Source: Eledone cirrhosa (Eukaryota). Taken from it: 64,000 bases of DNA. Within the stretch, counting starts at the first letter, position 1, and each line of letters begins with the position of its first letter. Below, one piece after another: positions 13,485-28,191 of the stretch. The position numbers were made by a program, and so were the translations under genes. Under the pieces are notes generated by a model. It did no database searches. It was given only the letters and a program-made list of their open reading frames with translations, and was not told the DNA's origin. The stretch lies in assembly GCA_964016885.1 (NCBI GenBank), contig OZ024741.1, positions 223,758,001-223,822,000 of the forward strand, in the 5' to 3' direction.

Positions 13485-14714
13485 ATATATTTGTTGTTGT
13501 TGTAACTGTTGTATTTGTTGTTGTTGTAGCTGTTATACTTGTTATATGTGTTGTTGTTGTTGTAGCTATTATACTTGTTATTGTTGTAGCAGTTGTATTT
13601 ATTGTTTTTGTAGCTATTGTATTTATTTGTTGTTGTAACTTGTATTTGTTTTTGTAACTGTTGTATTTGTTGTTGTTGTAGTTGTTATATTTGTTGTTGT
13701 TGCTGCTGTTATACTTGTTGTAGCAGTTGTATTTATTGTTGTATTTGTTGTTGTAGCAGTTGTATTTATTGTTTTTGTAGCTATTGTATTTGTTGTTGTT
13801 GTTGTAGCTGCAGTTGTTTTTTTGTTGTTGTAGAGTTATTCTTGATGTTTTTATTGTTGATATTGGAACTGCTTCTGTCGTTGTTTGTGATGGTGGTGGT
13901 GGTGGTGGTGGTTGCTGTGCCTGTGGTGGTGATGGTGGTTGTGCATGTGGTGGTGGCGGCGGCGGTGGTGATGGTGGTTGTTGTGCATGTAGTGGTGGTG
14001 GTGATAATGGTGGTGGTGGTTGTTGTGTATGTGGTGGTGGTGGTGATAGCAGCAGTTGTGGTGGTGATGGTGGTGGTGGTGATAATGGTGATGGTGGTTG
14101 TTGTGTATGTGGTGGTGGTGGTGATAGCAGCAGTTGTGGTGGTGGTGATAATGGTGATGGTGGTTGTTGTGTATGTGGTGGTGGTGGTGGTGATAGCAGC
14201 AGTTGTGGTGGTGATGGTGGTGGCGGCGGTGGTGATGGTGGTGGTGATAATGGTGATGGTGGTTGTTGTGTGTGTATGTGGTGGTGGTGATAGCAGCAGT
14301 TGTGGTGGTGATGGTGGTGGCGGCGGTGTGATGGTGGTGGTGATAATGGTGATGGTGGTTGTTGTGTGTGTATGTGGTGGTGGTGATAGCAGCAGTTGTG
14401 GTGGTGATGGTGGTGGCGGCGGTGGTGATGGTGGTGGTGGTGGTTGTTGTGTGTGTATGTGGTGGTGGTGATAGCAGCAGTTGTGGTGATGATGGTGGTG
14501 GCGGCGGTGTGATGGTGGTGGTGATAATGGTGATGGTGGTTGTTGTGTGTGTATGTGGTGGTGGTGATAGCAGCAGTTGTGGTGGTGATGGTGGTTGCTG
14601 GGCATGTGGTGGTGGTGATGGTGGTTGTAATGGAGCTGGGAGTATTTCTATTGTTGCTATTATTATGGATATGGCTTCTTCTGCTGTTGTTGTTATTATT
14701 ATTGTCATTATTGT

Positions 14715-14748
<34 letters not shown>

Positions 14749-14760
14749 ACTGATAACTGT
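13485..14760. repeat. (GTT)n/(GGT)n compound repeat with higher-order units
   Basis: GATAGCAGCAGTTGTGGTGGTG recurs within trinucleotide runs. Confidence 0.9.
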
Positions 14761-15166
14761 TATATTAGTTGTTAAGGGGAGTGGTGGGGACGAGAGACAC
14801 TGTTTTTATTGTTGTTATTGTTGTTGTTGTTCTATTACTATTTATTTATTTATTTATCTAACATTTTTCCTCACCCCCCTTTCCTCATCACCATTTATCA
14901 TCTTCCAATAACAATTAATGCTTGAAATGATCTCGTTAATGTCTTTAATTGTTAATTATATTGGATTTTGTTGGTGGTGGTGGTCGTCACCGCCGTGTGG
15001 TAGTGGTGGTGGTGTAGTGGAGAGGTGGAGATACAGGTCTCTGATGTAGTTTTATGTCACTCTGCTCATGTAACATATAGTTTTGTATCGTACACACAAA
15101 CCCCTTCTTTTCAGCAATCAAGCCCATTTATATATATATATATATGTGTGTATATGTATGTATATA

Positions 15167-15241
<75 letters not shown>

Positions 15242-15498
15242 TTATATATATATATACATACATATTTATACATATATATAGAAGGATTTAAATGGATACA
15301 GTTTAGTTAAAAGGAATTTATTGACACGTGTTTCAATAACAGTTACATAACCTGAAAACAGCTGCTATCTACAAAGTATTAGTTATGCAGACATTCAATA
15401 TTTCAATGTTATTATCAATATTATTATATATTATTATCAATGTTATTATATATATATATATACATACCCTAGTGGATGGCACATATCAAATCTTATAT

Positions 15499-15554
15499 TT
15501 TGTCTGATGAAAACGTACTTAAACACCATTGTACCTTTGAAATATGTATAATAA
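15499..15554 (+). ncRNA. Degenerate minimal type I hammerhead ribozyme motif
   Basis: TTGT-CTGATGA-stem II-GAAA-TATGTA-TA-ATAA; decayed relative of the 23038-23100 motif. Confidence 0.55.
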
Positions 15555-16114
15555 AATATATATTATGAGAATATTTTTCACAGAGAATCAGTGTTGCGAC
15601 GAATAAAATGTATTAGACATATTACAATCGTTTCTCTGGCGACCAGCTCGAGGCATATCTGAGGACCTTGCGAAATTTCCTCTTACACCAATGGCCAACC
15701 AACATAGGTTGGAGATAGAATATGTAGCAACAAGGGCAGTAAAAGAGTAAAAGAAAAAAAGAGTACATATATACACACATATATAAAATACAAGACTATG
15801 TGTGTATGTATGTGTGTGTAAGATCTTATTTCCTTAGGTGAAGAGAAGCAAATCCTGGACCGACCATAAGTTAAAATTATGGTCAATAGAGAGGCGAATT
15901 TTCAAACCTGAGGTAGCAAGTAACTTTGTTGAATAATAATAATATAAATTTATACCACACACAGACACACAGACACACACACACATATATATATAATATA
16001 AGCAAGTATTGCACCAAGAAAAATATAGATTGGAACTAGCTGTTGAAATGGCAGGAGCTCAGCCGTCGAGGTCCTGACTCATTCATATAACCACACTCTA
16101 CTACCCCAAGTATC

Positions 16115-17365
16115 GAGTAATCTGGTGACCAGAGCTGGGAGCAGTAGTGCAGGCGGCTTAGGACAAATGTCCTCCATAGTGTCAACATTGTCTCTCGGTC
16201 TCTTGTCCGGAAAGTCCTCAAGATCCAGCCAGCGAGTCATCTGCACATTGTCGCCACCCTCATATGTGTGAGGAAAAAGATGCATCATCGCTCGTGTCTA
16301 TCCCCAGGTCTCGTATAAATTTTGACACAAGGATTTCTATCCCTCCTGGTCCGGAGTAGAAGTGTTGTATTGTCTTTGTGTTTGCAGGTTGGTATGGCTT
16401 GAAATTATGCAACATTAAACTGCATATTGTTGTCCTCAGCCCATTTGTATATGCCATCCAGATCTTGTAAAAGGGCAGCATCAGCCGGGTTTTTGATTGC
16501 CCATGCTACTTTTGTCATCAACATAGTTAGTGAGGGATGTTGTGTGTACTGCAGAGGGCATGTCTGAGAGAGCCACCAAAAACAGTAGTGGTCCCAAGAC
16601 TGTGCCCTGGGGCACCCCACTTGTTATTGATGTTTCCTTTGAGAGGACCCCATTGGCTGCAACTGTCTGGCTTCTGTCTTTTAAGAAATCACGCAACCAC
16701 TCAACTACTTTTCCAGTTATGCCAAGTCTGTGTAGTTTGTGACATATTTCGTGGTCGACCTTGTCAAAGGCTTTCGTAAAGTCAAGACATATCATGTCCA
16801 CATGTGAGCTGTCCAACAGTTGTTTCAGTACCCAGTCGTAGTGATGTAGCAGCTGTGTAAGGCAGCTTCTTCCTGGGTGAAAGCCATGCTGCGTGCTAGT
16901 TAGGCGGTCATTTTCTTTGAGGAACATAATCAGTTTCTTTCTAATGATTCGTTCCATGACCTTACTGATATGTGACATCAGGGAGACTGGCCTGTAGTTT
17001 TTTGGCCTCCCCTCTGCTACCTCCTTTATGGATAGGGCATATTGTACCTTCTTTTAACTCTCTGGTTACTTTACCACTAGCAAAAGAACTTCTGGAGAGG
17101 ATCTTCAGTGGTTCCGCTTAGGCACATTTACATGTTTTTAGGAGGACTGCTGGGAATCCATCAGGTCCAGCAGCTGAGTTTGTTCTAATTTTGTCTATGG
17201 CGGATACCGCGTCTTCCTCTGTTATGTCTATGTGGTTGATGGTCACCATTTCTTCGTTGAGTGTTGTGGCTTCAAAGATATCCTCTGCCTTTGTTATTTG
17301 CATGTGCTTCAATGGACGTGTGAACACACTTTTGTACTGTTCATAGAGTATTTCACTTATCCCTT
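16115..17365 (-). mobile_element. CR1/L2-group LINE RT fragment (frameshifted)
   Basis: AAGPDGF, YRPVSL, QHGF..GRSCLTQLL, DFTKAFDKVDH, GVPQGTVLGPLLF, YVDD motifs across broken frames. Confidence 0.9.
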
Positions 17366-17461
17366 GGGATATATATGTATGTGTGAATATATATATGCAT
17401 ATAGATATGTGTATATATATATATGTGTGTGTGTGTATATGTATATATATATATATTTATA

Positions 17462-19668
17462 TTTTGTCGGAGAGAAGTGTGTCCTTAATGATGATGGTGT
17501 ACTTGCCATCACTGACGCTGATAAGAAGGTAGCTTGGAAGTGTCACTACGAAAGGCTACTAAATGAGGAGAATAAATGGGAGAAAGACAGTCTCCCCCAC
17601 ATCGATCCAATAGGGACCAGCAGTGCAAGTTGAAGGTAGTATAATAAGTAAGGCAATCAAAGATATGAAGACGGGTAAGGTGGCTGGGCCTTCGGAAATA
17701 GTTACTGAAATGCTGAAAGCATCTGGAACGGTGGGACCCACTATGTTCACCCGGATAGTAAACCAAGTCATACGGAATGGGGCTGTTCCAAAGGACTGGC
17801 ATAGCAGCATCATCATTAACTGCTACAAGGGTAAAGGAGATGCCCTAGATAGGGGTAACTATAGAGGCATTAAATTAATCGACCAGGTCATGAAGGTCAC
17901 AGAAAAAGTAATAGCGCAACTAATCAGAGAGCGAATTGATCTAGATGAAATGCAGTTCGGGTTTGTGTCAGGTAAAAGTACCACAGACACTCTTTTTCAT
18001 TGTACGACAACTACAGGAGAAGTACCTAGCTAAAAGTAAACCCCTATACTTAGCTTTTGTTGTCTTGGAGAAAGCCTTTGACAGAGCCCTCGCTCCATTA
18101 TCTGGTGGGCTCTTAGAAAACTAGGTGTTGATGAATGGCTTGTGAGAGCTATACAAGCCATGTATAAAGAAACAGTCAACAAGGTTAGAATTAACAACGA
18201 ATATAGTGAAGAGTTTAGCGTAAAAGTTGGTGTTCATCGGGGCTCCATTCTTAGCTCCCTACTATTTATTATTGCCCTTCAGGCTATAACAGAGGAGTTC
18301 AAGACCGGCTGCCCATGGGAACTCCTATATGCAGATGATCTAACGCTCATAACTGAATCAATGGCTGAACTAGAGAAGAAATTCCAAACATGGAAGCATG
18401 GCCTAGAATCAAAAGGCCTTAAAATTAACTTGTCTAAGACTAAAGTTCTAGTTTGTAGGAAGGAAAATAGGGCACCGGTCCCATCTGGGAAATGGCCATG
18501 CTAAGTGTGTAGGAAAGGAGTAGGCAGAAACTCCATTTTATGTCCCAAATGCAAAGTATGGGTGCATAAAAGATGTAGTGGGATCACAGGTAAGCTAACT
18601 AAGAATATAGATTTTATATGTGGCCAGTGCTCTGGTGCAATAAGTAGCAGCAAATGCCCACAGAATACTAGATCATTCCATTGCACAGATGGTTCTATAG
18701 AAATAGTGGACACCTTCCGTTACCTGGGTGACAAAATCAGCAGTGGTGGAGGGTGCTCTGAAAGTACAGTAGCTAGAGTCAGAATGGGATGGAAAAAGTT
18801 CAGAGAGCTTATACCACTATTGCCCGCTAAAGGGGTCTCTCTAAAAATGAAAGGCAGGCTGTATGATGCCTGCATACGAACAACAATGTTACATGGCAGT
18901 GAGACCTGGGCATTGTGTGCAGAGGATATACGCAGACTGGAGAGGAACGAAGCTTGCATGCTCCGCTGGATGTGTAATAGTAATATACGTGAACGGCAAA
19001 GCATAAACGAACTAAGGGAGAAATTAGGAATAAGAGGGATTAGATGTTGTTTACTCGAGAGAAGACTACGTTGGTACGGTCACGTGATGCGCATGAAAGA
19101 CGACAGCTGTATAAAAAAGTGCAGGGCGATAAAAATAGACGGTAGCCACGGAGTAGGCAGACCCAGAAAAACCTGGGACGACTTGATAAATTCTGACCTC
19201 ACACACTTACACCTCTCCAAGACAATGTCACTGGACCGAGATCTTTGGCGCTACACAGTAATACAGAAGACCCGCCTTGCCTAAGTACAAAGCGAAACCT
19301 ACAGTCAGTAGGCACCTCTAACAAAAATACACGCCTGTCCCACTACCCCCACCCCATCCACACCACCCCCTTCAATGTGAAGTTATGTTGGTACCACAAC
19401 ATCCAGTCCGAAACAAATGAGGTCGTGTAGGTGTCACGACAAAAAAACACACAGTCCACGCTGTAATGTGGCCGTGTAGGTAACACGGTAAAAACCTCCC
19501 AGTCCACACTGTAAATGTGGTTGGTGTTAGGAAGGGCATCCAGCCGTAGAAAACCCGCCAGACAGTCCTATACGAGCAGGACAACCAATTTTGCTTCAAA
19601 TGGGAAAACTCCCGTTCAAACCCATGCAAGCGTGGAAGATGGACGTTAAACGATGATGATGATGATGA
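17462..19668 (+). mobile_element. RTE-clade LINE, 5'-truncated, RT plus PHD-like finger, full 3' UTR and (GAT)n tail; disrupted
   Basis: [32 protein letters not shown]; frameshifts near 17612 and 18000, stop at 18502; (TA)n on both flanks. Confidence 0.95.
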
Positions 19669-19827
19669 CATATATATATATATATATACATGTGTGTGTG
19701 TATATATATATATATATATGTATATTATATATATATATTATATATATGTATATATATTATATATATATTATATATATGTGTGTGTATGTATATATGTATA
19801 TATACATATATATGTAAAATATACATA

Positions 19828-22523
19828 TATCATCATCATCATCATCACCGTTTTACGTCCGTTCTTCCATGCTAGCATGGGTTAGACGGGTTGTCCTATT
19901 GTGGGCAGTGTCTGGTCGGCTGACCTTGTCTTGCTCATACAGGAACTGATTTTGGCTTGATTTCTACAGCTGGATGCCCTTCCTAACACCAACCTCATTT
20001 ACAGTGTGGGCTGGGTGCCTTTTTCCGTGGCGCCTACACGTCCACTTTGCAGTGGGAGGTGGTGGGGGCATATTGTGTATATGCTTCAACTTGTACCCGT
20101 GGGAGGTCGGGTACTCTGTATTACTGCGTGCAACTAGGTAAGGTCGGCCCCTATCACCTCATCCCAGGTCTTCTTGGGTCTCCCCACTCCGCGGTTTCCA
20201 TCAACTTCTAGTGCTCTGCACCTTTTTATGCAGCTGTCATCCTTCATACGCATCACATGTCCATACCAACGCATCCGCCTCTCCTGCACACAGCATTTGA
20301 TTCCTCTTATGCTCAGTCTCTCTCTCAATTCATTTATGCTTTTCCGTTCGCATATATTACTATTACACATCCATCGGAGCATGCAGGCTTCGTTTCTCTC
20401 TCATTTACGTAAGTCTTCCACCTTCAGCGCCCAGGTCTCACTACCATGTAACATTGCTGTTCGGATACACGCATCATACAGTCTGCCTTTCATTCTGAGG
20501 GAGAAGCCTTTTGCAGCTAGCAGTGGTAGTAGTTCCCTGAACTTCTTCCATCCCGTTCTTACCCTAGTTATTGTACTTTCTGAACACCCACCTCCGCTGC
20601 TAATTCGGTCACCTAGGTAGCAGAAGCTGTCTACTGTCTCTACAGAGCCCCCCCCCCCCCCCCCCCGAGATTGGTGGTACTTGTTTCCTGTGGCTGTTTG
20701 CTGCTTGCTGTCCCAGCACAGCTGCTACATGTGAAGCCTACATTCTTAATTAAACTTCCTGAGATCCCGCTACATCTCTTGTGTACCCATTGTTTGCATT
20801 TGGGGCAGAGAATGGAGTTCCTACCTACACCTTTTCTACATACTGAGCAAGGCCATTTCCCTGAGGGGATCTGGGTTCTGTTTTCTCGTCTACTTACAAG
20901 GACCTTAGTCTTTGTCGTGTTGACTTTGAGACCCTTTCTTTCTAGTCCCTGCTTCCAAGTTTGGAATTTCTTCTCTAGTTCTACCATAGATTCAGCTATA
21001 AGTGCGAGGTCATCTGCATACAGGGGTTCCCATGGGCATCCTGTCTTAAACTCCTCCGTTATTGCCTGCAGGACTATGATGAACAGGAGAGGGCTAAGAA
21101 CAGAGCCCTGGTGGACACCAACCTGTACGCTAAATTCCTCGCTATACTCATTGCTAATCCTAACTTTGCTGACTGCTCCCCTCTCCATGGCTTGTACCGC
21201 TTTCACAAGCCATTCATCTACTTCTAGTTTTCTAAGAGCCCACCAGATTATAGCACGTGGAACTCTGTCAAAGGCTTTCTCGAGATCGACAAATGCCAGG
21301 TAGAGTGGCTTACTTTTAGCTCGGTACTTTTCCTGTAACTGCCTCACAAGGAAGAGGGCATCAGTGGTGCCTCTTCCTGGTACAAACCCAAATTGCATCT
21401 CATCTACTTTGACCCGGTCCCTAATCAACTGTGCTATAATTCTTTCTGTTACTTTCATGACCTGGTCCATCAGCTTTATACCTCTATAGTTTCCTCTATC
21501 TAGTGCATCACCTTTACCTTTGTAGCAGTTGACAATGATGCTACTGCACCAATCGTTTGGTATGACACCTTCTAGTATTACCTGGTTAACAATACGTGTG
21601 GTTATAGTGTGACCTACAGACCCAGATGCCTTCAGCATCTCGGCAGCTATACCCGATGGACCGGTTGCCTTCCTCATCTTCATATCTCTGATTGCCTTAC
21701 TTACTACGCTGCTGCTGACTTGTACTGCTGGCCCCTCTATAGGGTCTACTTGCGGTAGGGTCTCTTCTTCCCATGCATTCTCCTCATTTAGTAATCTATC
21801 ATAATGGCTCTTCCATGCATCTTTCTTCTCAGCACTAGTGAGGGCAAGCTCACCTTTATATTTCCGGATACACTTCTCTCCAATGACATCACAATTCTCT
21901 CTGACACACTGCCTCACAATCTTGAACACCTCCTGTTTCTGGTCCTCACGTTGCAGAACATGCTTGAATTTTCTATCCTCTGCTTCCCTCCTAGCTAAGT
22001 ATACTTGTCGCTAGCTTCCCTCTTGGTCTCTATGTAATGTACCCTGCTTCCCCCATTCTTCCATTCTTTCCATGCCTGTCTCTTGACCTTAACTGCCTCA
22101 TCTACCTTATTGTTCAACCACCAATTCCTGCTTGTGGTCTTACTCCAGCCACAGATCTCATCTGTCGCCTCTAGTAAGTTATTTTTTAGGAACTCCCAGT
22201 GCTCTTCTACATTGAATGTCTCTATCTGTTCTTGTTTACTGTCGTAGGCGTTGAGTAAAATATCTTTAAATCTGTTACTGGCCGAGGGGTCTTTCAGCTT
22301 CCAGATCTTTCCTCTCCATCTAGTCTCTTGCACACAGCATACATCAATTTCTTTTCACTCTAGCATCTCTACGATTTCTCCTGCTCTTACTTTCATTGTG
22401 CTTACATTGATAGTACCAACTCAGAGTTTTGGGCATTTGTCAACATTCGAAGGGAAGGGTCGATTTTTTTCAGGGGTGTGTGTGTGCTTCCTGTCTCTGA
22501 ATTGGTGCTTCACATGGGTGCTT

Positions 22524-22525
<2 letters not shown>
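19828..22525 (-). mobile_element. RTE-clade LINE (second subfamily), near full length, endonuclease core deleted
   Basis: [18 protein letters not shown] joined directly to KIWKLKDP; 429-aa RT ORF with YADD and PHD-like finger; (ATC)n tail at 19828. Confidence 0.95.
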
Positions 22526-23888
<1,363 letters not shown>

Positions 23889-26315
23889 TGGGCAGATAAG
23901 ATAATAGACGTAAATAGAGTGAACGACAGAATAATTAAAATACGACTTGTCCTCAATAGAACTACGGTGATAGTAATATCTGCGTACGCACCCCAATCCG
24001 GACTGCCCGGCACTATAAAAGACAGATTCTATGAGACACTGATGCTAACTACCTCCCAAATATCTGACAGTGACTATATAATTATTGCAGGCGACCTAAA
24101 TGGTCACGTTGGACAACATTGTGACTGCTACGACGAAATCCATGGAGGCTATGGGTTTGGTACTAGAAATGAGGAAGGCTCCAGAATCCTGGAATTCTGT
24201 GATGCAAATAACCTAACTATCTGTAACACTAACTTCAAAAAACGTGACAATCACCTGATCACCTATAGATCCGGGGAACACACAAGCCAGGTAGATTATA
24301 TCCTTACCAGAAGACGTGACAGAGTGTCTGTTGTAAACACTAAATCCCTCCCCCATGAAGAATGCACCTCCCAACATAGACTGATAATTAGCGACCTCAT
24401 AGTTAGGACGAGACGTACTCGACAGCAGAAGAGGACTATCCTCAGGAGAAAAATATGGAAGCTAAAGGACCCCACAGCCAGAAATAAATTTCAAAGCATA
24501 TTACTTGATGCTTTCGACAGTAAGGAAGAACATTTAGAGTCGGACAATATAGAGGGACAGTGGGAATTTCTGAAAGCAAACCTGCTGTTGGCGACAGACG
24601 AAGTCTGTGGCTGGAGCAGGCCTATAGGCAGGAGGAGAGTAACATGGTGGTGGAACAGTAAGGTGGAGGAGTCAATTAAGGCCAAAAAGCAGGCTTGGAA
24701 AGTATGGCGGGATGGGGGAAGTAGAGAAGACTATCAAGTGGCCAGGAGGGAAGCTAGGAGACAAGTGTACTTAGCAAGAAGGGAAGCTGAGGAAAGAAAG
24801 TTCAAGCATGTTCTACAACGCGATGACCAAAAACGTGAGGTGTTCAGGATTGCTAGGCAATGCGTCAAGGAAAACCGTGATATTGTCGGGGAGAAGTGTG
24901 TACTTAACGATGATGGCATACTTGCCATCACCGACGCTGATAAGAAGGTAGCTTGGAAGTGTCACTATGAAAGGCTACTAAATGAGGAGAATAAATGGGA
25001 GAAAGACAGTCTCCCCCATATCGACCCAATAGAGGGACCAGCAGTGTTAGTCGAGGGGAGTATAATAAGTAAGGCAATCAAGGATATGAAGACGGGTAAG
25101 GCGGCTGGGCCTTCGGAAATAGTTGCTGAGATGCTGAAGGCATCTGGCACGGTGGGACACACCATGGTCACCCACATAGTTAACCAAGTCGTACAGAATG
25201 GGGTTGTTCCGAAGGACTGGCAAAGCAGCATCATCGTTAACTGTTATAAGGGTAAAGGAGACGCCCTAGATAGGAGTAACTATAGAGGCATTAAATTAAT
25301 CGACCAGGTCATGAAGGTCACGGAAAAAGTAATAGCGCAACTAATCAGAGAGAGAATTGACCTAGATGAAATGCAGTTCGGGTTTGTGTCAGGCAAAAGT
25401 ACCACAGACGCTCTTTTCATAGTACGACAACTACAGGAGAAGTACCTAGCTAAAGGTAAACCCCTCTACTTAGCTTTTGTCGACTTGGAGAAAGCCTTCG
25501 ACAGAGTCCCCCCCTCCATTATCTGGTGGGCTCTTAGAAAACTAGGCGTTGACGAATGGCTTGTGAGGGCTATACAAGCCATGTATAAAGAAACAGTCAG
25601 CAAGGTTAGAATTAACAACGAATATAGTGAAGAGTTTAGCGTAAAAGTTGGCGTCCATCAGGGCTCTGTTCTCAGCCCCCTACTATTTATTATTGCCCTT
25701 CAGGCTATAACAGAGGAGTTCAAGACCGGCTGCCCATGGGAACTCCTATACGCAGACGACCTGACACTCATAGCGGAATCAATGGCCGAGCTAGAGAAGA
25801 AATTCCAAACATGGAAGCACGGCCTAGAGTCAAAAGGACTTAAAATTAACCTGGCTAAGACTAAAGTTCTAGTTTGTAGGAAAGAAAACAAGGCGGCGGT
25901 CCCTTCTGGGAAATGGTCGTGCTCGGTGTGTAGGAAAGGCGTAGGTAGAAACTCCATTTTATGTCCTAAATGCAAAGTATGGGTGCATAAAAGATGTAGT
26001 GGGATCACAGGTAAGCTAACTAAGAACATAGATTTTACATGTGGCCGGTGTTCTGGTGCAATAAGTAGCAGCAAGTGCCCACAAAATACTAGCTCTTTCA
26101 ATTGCGCAGAGGGTTCTATAGAAATAGTGGACAGCTTCCGTTACCTGGGCGATAAAATCAGCAGTGGGGGAGGGTGCTCTGAAAGTACTGTAGCTAGAGT
26201 CAGAACTGGATGGAAAAAGTTCAGAGAGCTTATACCACTATTGCCCGCTAAAGGGTTCTCTCTAAAAATGAAAGGCAGGCTGTATGATGCCTGCATACGA
26301 ACAACAATGTTACAT
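23889..26315 (+). mobile_element. Young RTE-clade LINE ORF (partial APE endonuclease, RT, PHD-like finger), truncated at both ends
   Basis: About 810 uninterrupted codons: [45 protein letters not shown]4HC3, YLG. Homology breaks after TTMLH. Confidence 0.97.
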
Positions 26316-26319
26316 TGGC

Positions 26320-26441
26320 GCGGCACCAACATAACTTTACATAGAACGGGGTGGTGTGGATGGGGGGGGGGTGTATTTTGTTAGAGATGCCTACTGGCAA
26401 GGCGGGTCTTCTCTGTTACTGAGTACCGCCAAAGGTCTCGA
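26320..26441 (-). mobile_element. Inverted, internally deleted piece of the RTE ORF end and 3' UTR
   Basis: Matches 38825-38985 with deletions. Confidence 0.85.
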
Positions 26442-26491
26442 GAGTGGGGTGGTGATATATATATATATATTTACATATATATATATATATT

Positions 26492-26566
<75 letters not shown>

Positions 26567-26570
26567 TTAC

Positions 26571-26606
<36 letters not shown>

Positions 26607-26776
26607 GTATATACATATATATATACATATATATATACATATATATATACATATATATATACATACATATATATATATATATACATATATGTATACATAT
26701 ATATATATATATATACATATATATATACATATACATATATATATACATATATATATACACATATATATATATATAT

Positions 26777-26848
<72 letters not shown>

Positions 26849-26856
26849 TATATATA

Positions 26857-27153
26857 TATGGCTTAATGGTTAGAGCATTGGCCTTGCAATCGAAAGGTTG
26901 TGAGTGCAATTCTCAGACCGGGTGATGTGTTGTTTCCTTGAGCAAGACACTTTATTTCACATTGCTCCAGTTTACTCAGCTGCAAAGTGGTCGTGGAGGT
27001 GCCATGGAAAAACAAAGCACCCAGCATTTACTGTAAATGAGGTTGGTGTTAGGAAGGGCATCCAGCTGTAGAAATCAAGCCAGAATCAGTTCCCGTCCCA
27101 CCCTTGCAAGCAGTGAAAAAGCGGACGTAAAATGAAATGATGATGATGATGAT
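26857..27153 (+). mobile_element. tRNA-derived SINE with RTE-type 3' tail
   Basis: tRNA-like head, CCTTGAGCAAGACAC core, GGTTGGTGTTAGGAAGGGCATCCAGC and (GAT)n tail; internal deletion relative to the 39357 copy. Confidence 0.9.
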
Positions 27154-27187
27154 GTATATTATATATATATTTATATATATATATATA

Positions 27188-27766
27188 GTTGTACTTGGGG
27201 AGCGTCATATTGTTATAATATTGCCAGAATTAATAACAGAACACAGTTTGGTTGGTTTTCGCTTCTGTATCTTTTATAGTAGTTAATTTATTCGCTCCTC
27301 AATGTTACCATTGACTGACCAACGGTCAAAAATACTGATATAATATAGACACAAACATATATATATAGTCTAACAAAGTTCTTTCATTGCACATCTGCAA
27401 CATCATCAGTGGTGCTATTATTGAAATACACAGATTAAATAAAGATGGCGTAGACATACAATGCAACAGGAGGAAACATAATAGCACCACTGATGATGTT
27501 GCAGATGTGCAACAAAAGAACTTTGTTAGACTCTATATATGTGTTTGTGTCTATATTATATCTGTATTTTTGACTGTTGGTCAGTCAATGGTAAACATTG
27601 AGGACTGAATAAATTAACTGATATAAAAGTTACAGAAGCGAAAACCAACCAAACAGTGAGCGTGTTCTGTTATTAATTCTGGCAATATTATTACAACAAT
27701 ATGACCCTCCCCAAGTATAACAACATTTGTTTCGACACACGATTTCATATCAAAAACCTTGCAAAA

Positions 27767-27770
<4 letters not shown>
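27188..27770. mobile_element. Fold-back element (~235-bp arms) with hammerhead-like cores, in (TA)n
   Basis: 27188-27422 is inverted at 27477-27721. The left arm reads CTGATGA-TGTTGCA/TGCAAT-GAAA on the minus strand, with a counterpart at 27490 on plus; unpaired tail 27722-27770. Confidence 0.8.
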
Positions 27771-27813
<43 letters not shown>

Positions 27814-28035
27814 TTTTTTTAACCTGTTAGTTCTTTCGTTACTTTGGTATTGTGTGGTTGGGTTTTGCCTACCGCAATGTTCAATTTGTCAAGCTATTTA
27901 AACGTATGTTATTACTCTAAGACCTACCCTTATTGAGTGCTTTGCTAACTCATTCCTATTGTAGGTCGACTTTGCTTGGCCACAGCCAAAGCTTTGATTT
28001 TACTAAGCTTCCACTTGTATGTATATATATATATG

Positions 28036-28111
<76 letters not shown>

Positions 28112-28112
28112 A

Positions 28113-28188
28113 TATCATCATCATCATTTTATGTCCGCTTTTCCCTGCTTGCAAGGGTGGGACGGGAACTGATTCTAGGCTTGATTTC
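28113..28188 (-). mobile_element. 3' tail of the RTE-tailed SINE, truncated
   Basis: Reverse complement of 27070-27150. Confidence 0.85.
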
Positions 28189-28191
28189 ACT

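Noticed and set aside
13617-14911. Gly/Cys-, Val-, Thr- and His-rich ORFs resembling structural proteins
   Set aside because: Open in several frames on both strands because of (GGT)/(GTT) repeats; no independent coding signal.
20648-20667. Poly-Gly C-terminus of the 429-aa ORF
   Set aside because: A homopolymer expansion or sequencing error shifts the frame; the RT continues in another frame (DSFCYLGD).
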